From the NCBI GenBank assembly GCA_028534125.1, contig CM052817.1, positions 102,550,001 to 102,614,000 on the forward strand: a stretch of DNA of 64,000 nt, read 5' to 3'. The position numbers and the translations under genes are program-made. The notes beneath the pieces were generated by a model, which was given only the letters and a program-made list of their open reading frames with translations, did no database searches and had not been told where the DNA came from. Position 1 is the first letter of the stretch, and each line of letters starts with the position of its first letter. Of this stretch, positions 27,598 to 41,154 are shown in pieces. The stretch is from Lama glama (lineage: Eukaryota).

Positions 27598-29087
27598 GAA
27601 TAACTTGAGTCCTGCTTTCTGCCTGGAGACCTGAGAGATGGTCGGCCCCACCCAGAGCTCCTGTTCCTGTAGGACCCCAGAAAGAGAGTAGAGGTGTCTA
27701 CCCTGAGCTGCCAGGGGTAACAGACCAGGCTGAGGCATCCTCAGGAAGAATCCCAGCCAGTTCCTTCCCGCGTGGCTGAGAGAGACCCGCAGGCCTGGGC
27801 GGACCTGGCCTGTGTCAGAGATTGGGCTGGACTCCGGGATTTCAAGGTTAGAACAAGAAAAGGTTCTGTGACAGACACCCATGGAAACAGCGACAGCCCA
27901 AAGAAGAGGAGTGACACCATCCGGAAACTGAGTGGGGCCACGTCCCAGCAGCTGTCAGGGACTAATCATTTGCCCTAGAGTTATGTCACCCTGTATAAGC
28001 GAGACAGGGGAAAAATCGAATTTCTCTGAGACGATTCCTAAAAACAAGCTTATACTTAAGGCAGGTAGTTTCAAATCAATTTAATTATTTTAGGACTCAT
28101 ACTGGGGAAAATGTGGTAACTAACAGAGGTTCAGGTAAGCTGTAGGAAAGTAAAGCTATATTTTGCACACCCCGGCTTGTGACCTGAGTACTTCTGCTAG
28201 CCATTGAATTCTAATTTGACTTCCAGGGGATGTTTCCCTAAGTGTGCCAGCCAGTAGAAGTGTCTGTGTTCTTTGGCAGTCATATTTCTTCGCATCGCTA
28301 AACCCTTGGCTAATTTAGCTTGTATGTCTGACTTTTAATGCGCTTAACTTGTGTAAGTCCAAGCTGGAGAGGTGGGCTCACACTCAGGGGCCTGGCAGTA
28401 ATGAACGGCCGAATCTGCAGGGGGAGGTCAATCCTTGACATGGTGACACCTCTCAGATGAGGCTCTCCTGGGGTCCCATTAGTGTGAGCACTTTTTTGGA
28501 ACCCCTCAAACTGAGAGCACAGAGGCTAAGCATTACTTGCCTTTTCATGCAGTGTCCATATTAGCTCCTGCTGATAGGAGTTCTCAGTAAATGTTGAAAA
28601 CAATGAGCCAAACTAAATACATCTTCCCTCCTTTTGATTCCTAGTGTCTTTCCCAACCTTGCTAACTCAATCCTTTCCTCCCAGACAGCATTTTCCTTTC
28701 TGGAGAGGGTGGCGCCCCCAGGAGGGCTTTCTGTGCTGCCGCTTTGAGAGGCACAGGGTCAGACACTCATGAGTGAGGATGCCTGAGGACCACAGGAGGT
28801 AAGTGCTGAAGGAGGGGAGAGGCGGGAGAGACCCAAAGGGACCTCACAGCCCACCTGTGGAACAAATCATTTGGGCAGGGCTTATTTTAAATCTCATGTC
28901 TCAGTGACCCTCTATGGGAGGGGAAATATTCACCAGTCCAGAGCGTAGTTTTCCACAAAGAAGAGTCTGTGTCTTGGTGGCAGAACGCAAGGGGAGGTTC
29001 CCGTTGGATCATCTCAAACCCGTCTGCTGTGCCTGAGCATGTGAGCATCACAGGCTGGCTCAGGGTTCTGTGTGCTGTCTGGTTTGT

Positions 29088-29320
29088 GTGGCTCTCAGTG
29101 TCCACTGTTAAGTGGACCGCTTTGCCCTCAGGAGACATTTGGCAATGTCTGGAGACATTGTCACAACCGTGGGGGAAAATGCTACTAGTGGGTAGCATGT
29201 TCTAGTGGGTTGAGACCAAGCATGCTGGTAAACATCCTAGCCAGCAGGGGAGAGCCCTCATAGCAAAAAGTTATCTGGCCTAAAATATCAATAGTGTTGC
29301 TGCTCGTAAGAAACCCTACA
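29088..29320. mobile_element. MER20-like hAT-Charlie MITE
   Basis: 'ggagacatttggcaatgtctggagacatt...tgcta...taaacatccta...ttatctggcctaaaatatcaatagtg'. Confidence 0.85.
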
Positions 29321-30510
29321 TTTTAATTTAAACTGTATTAAAAATACAAATGTCCCCCAAACAATTTACTAGTATTTGTTAGTCACACCTTAGGTACAAC
29401 AACCATAGCAAGATTACCACACTGAATGGACAGTATTTAAAACATCACTTGATAAGCAGATGAAAAAATATAACCCTTGCCTTTGTCAGAAGTGGTCAAA
29501 GAGCGGAGTGGCGGTGATCTTAGCACCCATCAAGTGCATATACAGGCAGCACATCGCTGCTGGCTGTTTTGCCGGGAACCGTGGAGATGATGCAGGTAGA
29601 TTCTGTTGCACTGCAGGGGATGCTGTGTACACAGCCTGCATCTCCCACCTCTGAGGGTGAGACACCAAGAGGCTGGGCTGAACACTGTCAGCTGAGTCCC
29701 ACCCCAAGAATTGCCCTTGGTGGGGGAGAGCAGCTTAGCCCAAGGTCACCCTCAGAGACCTCCTCAGTCAGCTTGAGTTTAACAACTGGTCCAAGAGGGG
29801 ATGTAAAGGCTTGCCTCCTTGCCCCAGTTTGAGGCTACGCTGAAGGGCGCTCCCAGCCCTGAGCGGGAGTACCTGAGGCCTCTGTGTGACTACAGAGCAG
29901 ACCGAGTCCTCCCCTTGCCCAGTCCTCCATCCTTCCTCCTCCATAGCCCTCAATCCTACAGGCCCTTCCCAGTAAACTTTCTCATAGTATGTTTCCCAGG
30001 GAACTCATGCTGTGACATGCACAGATTTAATACTTTTGGGCAAATTTAACAGTACCATGTAATGATCTTTTTTGGACACATTAAGATTTCAGAACTGCAC
30101 TGAGTGAACCAATCGATAATTCATACAAGAACATTTTGTGTCCCTGTGCATCTCAAGAGGTTGGAGGGAAAGTGAGAGAAAGAATGTTCAGTAGATACAA
30201 AGCTACTTCTTGAAATGATGTACAATGTTCTGCTGGAAGTAGGTGTGAGTAAACCACGTGATGTCACCCGACCGGACCAGTCCCTTTCTTATGCAAAAGT
30301 CTCAGTTTCTGGTTTTTTTTTTTTTTCCAGCCAATATTCACATACCAATTATGGAAACTGACCAGATGGACTATGACATGGGATGGACTCTGTAGGACAG
30401 CCTGGCCATGCACCTTGTAATCCTGTGTTCAGAGAAGCCCATCGCTTCCCCTTCAAATGGGAAGAAAAATATTTGATTTATTGTCTTTAACATCAACATG
30501 TGCTTAAATC

Positions 30511-30572
30511 CTTTCTAAACACCTTGATTGTGATATGATTCCTGTACAGTAAACTACACGTATTTCAGGTGT
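30511..30572 (-). mobile_element. Extremely 5'-truncated L1 (62 bp) with 16-bp TSD
   Basis: Perfect direct repeats aacatgtgcttaaatc at 30495-30510 and 30573-30588 flank an L1M 3'-end-like sequence. Confidence 0.65.
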
Positions 30573-32004
30573 AACATGTGCTTAAATCTTAAAGAGGGAA
30601 AAATAGCATTTTTTTTCCCTTTTTCAATTTGTATTTCTAATGGGGGCAAAAACAGTTTAGCAAAGGCCTTTCAGCTCTTTCCACAGATGAATCTCCATTT
30701 TGATGTAAATTACATTTATATAATGGGATTTGTTCTCCAAATTCTTTTACTGTCTGTAGCTTGATTCATCTCATCTGCAGCCGCTACAGAAGACATGAGA
30801 AGAAAAGTACTGCTGTATGCAAGATGAAGGGCACTGAGTTTTTTTCTGTTATTGGTTATGAGAATAATGTAGATGCATATCGAAAACAAATGCAGAGCAG
30901 ACAACAAGTGTGTGGGTTTAATGAGAAGCTGGAAGAAAGGTGGAGATGGAATTACATCCCAGTGGGACCGCTTAGCTTCCTGGTGCCTATTCCTTAAGCA
31001 TTTTGAACCACCAGGGATTTATTTCATGTTGGCATCCAGTCAGAAGGCATTATATCACACTCCTTTCTCTATTTAAGTCTAATTGAAGGTGATTTTATCC
31101 CTGGTGTGTGCCCATAGTGTTAGAATGCTCAAAATCAGATTTACATTGGGATAGCGCAGGACTAAATTTCTGTTTTTCTTTTTGCTCCCAGCTATCCCAC
31201 TCTCGTATTTATGTCACTCTCCTTCCTCCTTTGATAAGGCAAAGTGTTTTCATCAAATCTCATGTATTTCCATCCATTTTCTGCCCAAGGATAGACTGGG
31301 CAGATTTCAACTTTGTTTTTGGATTAGGAAGTTGAGACATGAAAAGTGTTGCCCTGACAACAGATATTGTACTGAGGCTCAATAAGGTGTCATCACATTT
31401 GGTGGCAACCAGAAGAATAGGAGGAAGGCAAATCAAAAGTTTAATTTCTGTGAAGGTCAGAATACACAGCAGAACTCCTTAATGGAGCCCATTTTGTCAG
31501 GTTCCTATTTGTCATCACTTGACTTGAGGCCGATTTGAAACTTCTGTTTTCACACTTTGCGGATATTGTCATGTAAGCCCCTTTCTGGAGGAACGCATGG
31601 AACTTGCCAGAGAAGAACATTTGAAATTTATCTTGAGAACTGCACATAAACATTATCTGTTGATTAAAGAAGACCCAGCACAAATGCTACTTGACACTAA
31701 ATCTGAGCAGTGAGTCCCAGGATGTGGAGGGTTAGGACACATGACGAGCAGGACCGTAGTAATTATAATACAAAACATGATTTTAACTGAAGGAAAATAA
31801 AACCAACAAAAACTGACATTATTATCATTATTATTTTTGTCTTCCATTTCCTCTTCCTCTTCTGAGTGGAGGGAAGGAGCAGGTATCCAGGGTAGTGAAA
31901 GGACTTCTTGGAAAGTGTCGAGGGTATTGGAAGCCTGAGAAGACCGTTGTAGAAACAAGGACCTCAGACTCAAATTTTAAATGAAGGCTCCATCCCTTGC
32001 TACT

Positions 32005-32135
32005 CATTTTCTTTCGGAGGAGGCAGTAATTAGATTTACTTGCTTAATTGTTTTTCTTGATGGAGGTAGCAGGGATTGAACCCAGGACCTCGTGCAGGCT
32101 AAGCACGCACTCTACCACTTGAGTTATACCCTCCC
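32005..32135 (-). mobile_element. tRNA-derived camelid SINE (Vic-1-like)
   Basis: Reverse complement 'gggagggtataactcaagtggtagagtgcgtgcttagcctgcacgaggtcctgggttcaatccc'. 16-bp TSD tccatcc(c/t)ttgctact. Confidence 0.9.
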
Positions 32136-32159
32136 TCCATCCTTTGCTACTGATGGCAT

Positions 32160-32770
32160 GTACGCAGCAGGAAGGTAACAAGGTCGACTCACTGGACTTG
32201 GTGGTGAATCCCTAGGCTTCTTAGGTTCGTAAGATCATGAATGTTCTTTTATGCTTTTATGTGGAACTAGCTTAGTACGTCAAGCAAGCGGACGGGTTCT
32301 CTTAAAGAAGAACCACTTTACTCTGTAATCGAGGCCTCTCTTCCTTCCTCCTTTCCTCCTTTCTTCCTTCCTCTCTCAAATTGTTCTTTTCTTTCTCAGT
32401 GGACAGGACAGCCTTGGCTGTGGACACCCTGTGTCGAGGGCACTGAGGTGGCTTTAGGCACAGGAGCAGGGAGTGGCGTTCCCGTGTCTCAGGACACATC
32501 CTGCCCTCATCAGAGTCATCAGTCCTGTGATTCAGAGAAGTTCCTGGTTCCTTACGACCATTCAGGTACCTGTGCACGAATTAATCATGCAGCTCCCTTG
32601 CTCCTTGTGTTCACAGCCCCTTCCCCAATAAAAGTCCTTGCACGTCCACCGTCGGGGGGCCCCACGGGTACCTCCCTTCTGTGTGGCCCGCTGTTGCCTG
32701 TAGCAGTGTAACTCTCAAACTGTCCTTTTGTTCTTAACTCCCGTGGTCTTGGCTAAATGCATTAAATTCT
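32160..32770 (+). mobile_element. Probable LTR remnant
   Basis: LTR-like layout with 'cccaataaaagtcc' and a GC-rich U5-like tract. Family not identified. Confidence 0.4.
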
Positions 32771-33226
32771 TCTACACCCACACGCACTGGCCTTCCGTGC
32801 GTCTCACACACAGCATGGTCATCTGAAGACGTGTTCTCATCACCGAAACGAGTATCACAGAGGCTCACCAGTATTCCCACTTTAATCGTCCTGAATCCGC
32901 ACCGACGAAAGGAAGTTTTCTTACAACTTCATTCTCTGTTGCAAGTACTAAATATTGAACGCTATCAACAAGGCATTTTGAGGTATAATTAGTGTCTGTG
33001 AAGCTTCTGCAAAGAGGGAATCCAAAGTTTCTCTACCCTATACCACTCTGATAACGTTCTAGAGAGGGTTTAGGGCAAGAGCTTTGACTCTTAAAACGAG
33101 ACGTGCTGTGCAAATGCTAGAACATTCTACAGGCACTCTTTCCTTTTCTAGAGCTGGTGTTCCCTGAGCAGGTCACTTGGATGTCTTCTCTTCTTCTGTG
33201 TGCCTGGACTTACGAATCTGGCTCAA

Positions 33227-33369
33227 AGTGGGGCGATAGCTCAGTGGTAGAGTGCATGCTTAGCATCCACAAGGTCCTGGGTTCCCGCCCCAGTATCTCC
33301 ATTAAAAAAAAAGAATTACACACAGATTAAGTACAAAAGAAATTAATAATAAAAAATAAATTAAGCAAA
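33227..33369 (+). mobile_element. tRNA-derived camelid SINE (Vic-1-like)
   Basis: A box 'tagctcagtgg', B-box-like 'gggttcccgccc', A-rich tail, 13-bp TSD gaatctggctcaa. Confidence 0.9.
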
Positions 33370-34073
33370 GAATCTGGCTCAAGCAGCCCTAGCCAGCTCT
33401 CACTTTTACTTTTTCCACATGCAACCAAATTTACTGCTACCATGTCAGCCTGAAAAGCCTAGGGCAGCTGGCCTGGGGCAGCTTTAATGTAAGTACTGAG
33501 TAATCTGATCCCTTTTCCACCATTGTCTCCACCTCCAGCATCCCTGGCCTTATGGGATATGGATTTTCTTTTTATTGGAGTGTTAAGAGTCAGGATTTGT
33601 TTCCCCCTCTTTGTCTTAAAGTCTTCTGACCACCCTCACTCATCCTTCTGTAATCGGTGCTGAAACTCACAGCTCCCTCTAGCGGACAGTCCCTGCAGAG
33701 CGCGCTGCCGGCTGCGGGCCCCGCAGACGAGTCTCGCTCTGGATGCTGGGAGTCTCCTCAACATCCATCAACACCTCCCCCATTAACACTGGCCCCGTCT
33801 CCAGCCTGGCTTGATGTAAACCAAGAGGCTAGTCCCCTTCTCCTCGCCCCATTACAGTTCTGGTAATGTGCTACGCCAGTCAGTGCCTGGCATGGTCCCC
33901 GCTACAAGGGTTAGTTGGGGATGGTTCCATTATTGAAAATCTGAGGAATTTTGTTCAATGGTTATAGAAATCAAGCTCTGTTTCTTACTGGTGAGATGAG
34001 GACACAGCGGTCACTTTCCTGAAGCTGTGGTGAGACAGTTCTGGGATGGCCCTGAGCATGCTGTGCACTGTCT

Positions 34074-34123
34074 TTATTATTATTATTATTATTACTATTA
34101 CTATTACTATTACTATTATTATT
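34074..34123. repeat. (TAT/TAC)n microsatellite
   Basis: Directly visible in the sequence. Confidence 0.95.
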
Positions 34124-37100
34124 TATACTCTCTTGTTTTCTAATTTCTTTTTTTCTTAATTGAAATATAGTCGATTTACAATGTTGTGTTAATTTCCCGT
34201 GTGCAGCATAGTGATTCATTTTGCAAAGGGCACTGTGTCCTTATGATGTCACTATATAAACCAGCTCTGAGGTTTATCCAGCCTCTGGGCTTCCCGATAA
34301 GACTGACTAATACATTCCTCTTGTTGCTGAATATAGTTGGACATTTATTCTTAATCACCATTGCAGACCTATTACTAGATGTAATAATGGGCCGTTCCCC
34401 TGTGAGCACCAGATTTCAGGAACTCCTCGTTAGGTATGAGAGTGCTAGTTTGGACTCATGTACCTTGGGTAAGGCTACCTGAAAGAGAAAGAAAAATGCA
34501 CAAAAGTTTGTGCTGTCTGGGGTTGAAGAGGCCGTATGGGAACAAAACCTTCACTCTTGTAAACCTCAGAGTTCAGAGGCTCAGAAAGGAACTTGTTTTT
34601 GTTTAATACACTAAAAGCAAAAGAGCAACCAAAATATAGCTGTTTGGAAGAGGAAGAGAGGTATTTTAAGATCCGACTTTACAGTTTTAAATTGTAAACC
34701 TGTCTCACTAAAGCTTTCAGCACAAGGCTTGAAACACTGAAGCCTTGTGAAAGTGGATTCCGGTGGCAAAAAGGAACCAGCTTTCAGTTTTACATCTGGG
34801 TTGACATGGTGGAGAGGAAGGTTACAATGACCCATAAGCTAAAATAGGAGTTCAGAGTCAGAGGTTCATCTGAATCCACGAGACTCCATCCCTCCATGTG
34901 CTGGAGTAACTAGAGGAACGAAGGGCTATTGTATCTCCCCTCCTGGGATATGATTCAACCTTATTTTATTTGACTGGCCAAAGACAGGATTTTTTTTCTT
35001 TTTTTTTTCTTTTTTTTGGTAAAACCATTTGAGTTACATACAAAAGGGAAAAACTACAGTATCCATACTTTGGATTTGTATGGATGAGAAACAAAGACAA
35101 TCCAAATCTAGCCTGAGATAGCTTAAGGGTGGTGCTGTTTCTAATTCCAAATTAAAGTCTGTGGGAAATAAATTGTTATAATTAAAATGAACCGTTTTGA
35201 ATTTAGACATTTTTCACAGTCATGTTGTTATTTTAAGCCATCTCACATGTCACTTTAGGGATGGACACCACTGATTCTCTTTTCCTTGTTCATGTGATAG
35301 AGGATGCACATTTGTCCATGTTCTTGTATTGACTACAAGCCCATTCCTTGTGTTTCATGTTTCATATTTAAGAAAGTGAGCATCTCTTTGTGAACCTGAC
35401 ACTTTGAGCTTGGGTTTACTATGTACCAGAAATAAATGAATTTGTTCCAAAAGTATAAAAAGACCTTCTCTTAGCTGGAACAAAAAAAAAGTCAGAAAAG
35501 CAAAATGTCAGAGTTATAATATGTAGCTTTTCAAATTTATTTTCAGATTTGATACAGAAAAGAGAATTATAATATTTTATGCATTACTGGCACCATACAA
35601 TTTATTTTCCATAGAAAAACATAAATGAAATGGAAGTTGAAGTGGAAATTATTTATTAACCAGATGTAAATTTATACATGGTGGCAGGAAATAAGGGAAA
35701 AAGAAAGAGCTGTCTCCAGTCATACTTTGGGCAGATCTCTTTGGCTACGTCAAGCTGATGCTGAGGACATCGTGGGGGCAGCTTGAGTCATGAACTGACA
35801 CTAGAGCGGTTATCATCCTCTCACCAAAGCCGCCTGAAGCCACTTCAGCTTCTCCCATGTCCCCAGTTCCTCCTGTCCTCTTCTCCTTGGTTCACAAGCT
35901 ACTGGACTAATTGGGGGAGAAAGGATGGGGTAGGTGAGAGAGTGAAAACCAAACAGGGATTGATTAAACCATGATGACACATCCATACAATGGATTCCAG
36001 GGAGTCACTAAAAATCACATTGTTGAATTTGATATGAGAAAGACGTAATAAATAAAACAAAGGCTGCAGGTAGTAATACTAGAGTACATTTGTGCCCATA
36101 GCACATACGTTCATTCATTAAAAAATGGACAGGAAGAAAAATATCGAAAGACTAGCAGGGATTGTCTTTGAAGTGTTGAGATTAGGAATGATTTTCAACT
36201 TAGGTTCCTTCTTTCGGTTTTTCATTTTTGAAGCTTCTTCATTGAGATGAATATTAGAACAAAAGGTGTATGCCATTTGGTTAGAATACAGAATACTGAA
36301 GATAACTGTGTAATATCTGAAGACAAATCAGCCTTAGGCTCATCTAGATCAGAGAATGGAAGTAAATTTAAAAATGGTGCTTAGGGTAGATATGCAAAAT
36401 GTGGAATTTAGAGGCCAGGATCCTAGTGGAGCTGAGGGCCCCTGGACTAAAAGGATGCAGAGAGCTCAGAGCTCAGTCCTCTAGCAGACTAAAGGATACT
36501 CCGAGGTAGCCCATTTTCTGTTACCTGCTCCATGAGGAGTAGGGGTGGGGCTAAATATAGCTTAATGCTGTGATCATTCTGATTAGGGTTGTACCAACAA
36601 GTCAAAGTTCACTGGGATCCCCGAAACTCTGGGCACCATCTTGGGTTCTTCTAACTCCCTTCAAGACTGAAGTTTATTCACAGGGTGACTTAGGCACAAA
36701 CTTGGATGGGGCGGGGCACACTGGGAGGTTTGGTTATCTTACTTATTTAGGGTCATAGCTTTGGTAATAGAATGTGAGAAGGCTGCAGTCACCACATTTC
36801 CAACAAATGGGACATAGGAATAATGTCATTATTACCATTTGCATCCATGAATATTTTACCTCCTTAACATTCTGGGATTTAATAAATAAATCCATAATAA
36901 ATAAATTTAATATGAGGTTAGGTGTTTGGATTTCCTTAAAAAAATCCAAATGTAAGCATGTATTGTTGTGTTCAATAAGCTCTGAAAATACATTAAAAAA
37001 AGAAAGTTTAAGCAGGAAGGAGCAACAAGCTCCTTATTTAACATTCTTCCTTAAGGCGGGTCTGAATTCCTCAAGATTATCTCGTCACTGCCAGTCGCAT

Positions 37101-37409
37101 AGCCACAATCCCTAGGTGTTTCCAGGAGCCTTAACAGAACCTGTGGATTACGTACTTGGGTGATGTGGCAGTGGGTCATTGTTCTAGGAACAATGATTAG
37201 CCCAATTAACAACTCCATGTTTATTACTTGTCTCCTATGTCTTAGGCAGGAGAAGATAACATAATAAAAAGACAGGGAACCCTATTTAAAAGACATTTTT
37301 GTACGTATTCCTAAATGTACTTTTACTTAATTGAGATAATTGAGATCAGTAGGTACCTACTTTTTGCATTCTACTACTTTTTCTTGATTTATTTTATTTT
37401 GTTTGTGGA

Positions 37410-37800
37410 TGGGGTTCAGTAGCTACGGTGAACTGCATTGGATGCTTTTGATGTCTCAGCCGCCACCCATTGATAGCTCCTACTCCTGCGGAAGGCTGGC
37501 TGCTCACAGCTCACAGCAGCCCCCTCCCCAGACAATTACCCATGGCCAAATGGGAACCAAATCAACAGGGTGGTTCTTCCCTTGTTTTTTCACCCTTCCC
37601 TCCACCGAAGACCCTGCCCAATGACTGACTGACACAGGGATACAGAAAACTGCCTTCTTGCATTAAGGAGTGGTCATCCCTGGGGTCTCCAGTCGAGGCC
37701 ACATGGTGGCTGAGCTCCCCCCACTTCCCTGAGGTTCCTCCTAAGAGCGTTCCCTCAACATATACCCTTCACAAAAACCCCCCACCTCAGTCTCCAGCCA
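37410..37800 (+). mobile_element. ERVL LTR (LTR16-like) remnant
   Basis: 'ccatggccaaatgggaaccaa', 'tcctaagagcgttccctcaaca...cccacctcagtctc'. Confidence 0.55.
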
Positions 37801-38419
37801 GGCACTGTAGTATATACATATAATATATTAAAAAATACATGTATACACAACTATTTTTATTCCCAAGTGGAGATTTTGGGGTGTATATTTCAGACATATA
37901 AAAACAGAGCTTTTCTGTTACTCTTGATTTTGTCTAGCTTGAAGAATATTTGCAGCTGAGAATTCAACCCAAATATTATTTGTGCTGAAAGGAGACTCAA
38001 CTACTGAATCATGGTTTATCTGTACATCTGTCCCACAGAGGTAGATTTCAGTTAGATTGGAGAATTACTGAGAGGTGAGTTGTTTTTTTTTTTAATTATG
38101 GAAAGGGTTTATTTTGGCGTTGCTGACTACAGTTTCAATCTCCTCTCTGCATGGTGATTACATATCTCTAACCTAAACAGTTTCTTTTTGATTGTCTTGC
38201 CTTTCAGGCATCCTCCAGCTAGGGATCTAGGGACTGAAGATGCAGCTTCCATCTAAGATAACGGGAATCCGCACCTGGAAGCCAGAGCCTTGTCTCTACC
38301 TCTGTGGATTACTAGGGTTACTTATTGTTGATTTTCTTTACTGTCCCCTAAACTTGGAATAATCTCTCTCTTCATTATAAGATCTTTCATCTCCTTCCCT
38401 CCTTCCTGTATTCCACTTG

Positions 38420-39030
38420 TAGAGAGGCAGCAGAGTGAGGAATGCCAGCTCTGGGGTCTGACTGCCTGGCTTGAATGCTGCTTCCAGCACTACTAGCTCT
38501 TGCCCATAGAGCAAGTCCCTGAATTGCTCTGAGTCGGTTTCCTTATCTGTAAAAACATTTAACAAGGACTTCCTGTATAGCACAGGGAACTGTATTCAAT
38601 TTCTTGTAATGAGCTGTAATGGAAAGGAATCTGAAAAAACATATATGCATGTATGTATATGTATAACTGAATCACTTTGCTGTATACATGATACTAATAT
38701 TGTAAACAGATGACATTTCAATAAAAACTAAGAATTAAAAATTAAGTAAATAAATTAGGTACAAGGATGTAGGGTGTAGCACAGGGAATACAGCCAATAT
38801 TTTATAATAATTTTAAATGGATTATAAAAATATTGAATCACTGTGTTATATACCTGAAGCTAATATAATATTATAAATCAATGGTACTTTGATAGACATT
38901 AAAATAATTAATTAATTTTAAAAATTCGCTTTATAGTGCTGTTGTGAATCAACGAGTTAATACATGTATAGTATTTAGAATAGTGCCTGGGACTTTGCAA
39001 TTGCTCATAAGTGTTAGTCGATAGTTATTG
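38420..39030 (+). mobile_element. MIR split by L1 3'-end fragments (about 38556-38920)
   Basis: MIR 5' half ends 'gtttccttatctgtaaaa'. L1 3' UTR 'tatagcacagggaac' follows. MIR resumes at 'gttaatacatgtatagtatttagaatagtgcctgg'. Confidence 0.8.
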
Positions 39031-39858
39031 CCAGCTGGTAGTTAGTTAGTCCAGCTCTACCCAAGGCATTCTGAGGGCTGCAGAGATGGGACGGATATAA
39101 CTCTTGGTTCTGGGCGGAAGAAAAGAGAGCTCCTCGGGAACCCAGAGGCCCTGCATTTGGGGGCCCTCACTTTCCCATTCTTCTTTGCCACCATGTCTCA
39201 CTCTGTCATATTCCACCTTTGTCTGAGGAAGAGTCTTCGGTAACTCATGCATTAACCCCATGGATTGGGGCCCACCTGGGACTCCCAGGTGCTGTGATTG
39301 ACATGTTCTATGGGTACGTTATTCACAAGCCCCACCCCCAAGCCCTTGACTCCTGGGCTGTCTCTCTCTAAATGGATGCAGAGACCCACTTCCTCTGGAC
39401 AGATCCTCCTTCCTGTGCAGCCACGAAGCTGAAGAAGCTTTGTCCTGACCAGTGATGCTTGCTAAACTCTAAGGTGTCATCATTTTCAGGTTGACTGCTT
39501 CACTTCATCCTTAATTTCAGTCTAAATTTAAGCGTGATTTACCTCAGTTTTTCTTAAAACTGGGGGAATTGTTTTAAGAAATAGAAAATATCACAAAACG
39601 GGAAAGAACCAGAATAGTTATGCAGATAGCATTTCCATGAACATATTCTGTATGAAAAAGACAACTTCATAGCTAGTACACAGAATGGGTTGTTTTCCCT
39701 TCCCCTTTCTTTATAAACAAGTTTACTTTTTTTTTCTCTGATAATAGAAGCTATATATGGACATTGAAGGCAATTTAGAAAATGGAATTAAGAAAAAATA
39801 TGAATTCACAATCCCCCTATATGTAGTGGGGTAATATTTTGGTAAACTGGTAACCTAC

Positions 39859-39974
39859 TTCTGGGCTTTTTTTTAGGGGGAAAAGAAAAACCAACCTTGT
39901 ATTGGAAATATGCTATTCTGGGCTATTTTTTAGGGGGAAAAAAAACCCAACCTTGTATTAGAAAAGATGCTATT
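39859..39974. repeat. Imperfect tandem duplication of about 57 bp
   Basis: 'ttctgggct..ttttagggggaaaa..ccaaccttgtatt.gaaa.atgcta' occurs twice. Confidence 0.9.
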
Positions 39975-40239
39975 ACTTCATTTTTTTTGAACATCTTTTG
40001 TGTATATTTTAATTCCCACTATTTTTACAGCTATAAAATGTATCTCTTCTACTTAAATCCTAAGTGTGCAAAAAATTTAAAGTTTAAAATTTTTGTATCG
40101 ATGGAGGTAATTATTAAATACAAACCAAGGTGCTTTTAAGAATTTTAAAAATCAGTGTTCTGAAAGAAAGAAAAAAAAAAAGAAGAGATAATGGAGAATT
40201 CCTCTTGTAATCTTTCTGGTCAGATGTGTAATTATAATA

Positions 40240-40348
40240 TCTTGGAGCAGGAAGAGATTGTCAGATTCACTTCTTCCAATTATCTTATTTCAGTAATGAG
40301 GGAACAGAGGCCCAGGGAGTTTATGTGCCTTGTTCAAGGTCACACACT
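40240..40348 (-). mobile_element. MIR fragment at the left flank of the viral element
   Basis: 'aatgagggaacagaggcccagggagtttatgtgccttgttcaaggtcacac'. Confidence 0.7.
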
Positions 40349-40581
40349 TTCTTAGTTCTCTCTTTTGCCGAATTTTCCTGTCAATGATCTCTACATTGGC
40401 CCCTCCATTTTTCTGGGTAAGTTACACAGATTCTGATCTTTCTGACAATACATGTGAAGGTTTTCCTGGAAATATGATGTGAGTCTTCTACCTTCTGTCT
40501 TTGTAAAATTTTGCTTTAGATGAACTCTGTCAACATCTGTTCTATCTTGACGATTTTGTTTTCTGAGAATCTGGCATTGTA

Positions 40582-40720
40582 TAGTGTGATCCAAAGCTGA
40601 CTGGTACATTTAGAATCATAAATCTGAGAACTGTCCCTGGGGCATTTATATTCAGGCAGTTTTCTTTGTGAAACGCTTTCCCGGCATTGCTGACTCTTAG
40701 CCAGGATTAGACGGCTTACT
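40582..40720. mobile_element. MER5B-like hAT MITE, diverged
   Basis: 'ctggtacatttagaatca...ctttcccggcattgctgactcttagccaggattaga' resembles both ends of MER5B. Confidence 0.5.
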
Positions 40721-41154
40721 ATGCATCAGAATATAACAAACTCCCAGTTGAAAAATCAGCATTTAATTGAATTAATGAAAGAGTATAGATTGTTGAGAAA
40801 TACACTGGCCACTCCAAAAACGTCAGCATAATCTCTAAGCAGAATTCAGGAAAACTCAAAATGCTTCACAATTGCCAAAGTCATTAGAGAAAGCCTCTTA
40901 GTCTTGGGTTCAGCATTGTGCTGCAAAACCCAATTATTATTAGTAATACGTGTTTATATGTGACGTTGACTCAATTCCTGCATTTCAGCTCTCATTTTAC
41001 TATTATCATCTTGTTTCCTAGCTGCTGTCTCTTGTCTTGTCTTTTTATTGCTAAAAGGAAGCTTGAAAGTAGAGAAGTTGAATTACCTGTACTATAGTTG
41101 AGTGTACTGTAGCCTAGTGGTGATTTTTTTCTGCCTCTTTAGAAATACATTTTT

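Noticed and set aside
30331..30395. Possible terminal exon after a strong acceptor (tttttttccag), peptide NIHIPIMETDQMDYDMGWTL*
   Set aside because: No recognisable protein and no linked upstream exons. Unsupported without transcript data.
33227..33302. tRNA-like sequence (also near 32060-32135 and 53470-53548)
   Set aside because: A-rich tails and TSDs show these are SINEs, not tRNA genes.
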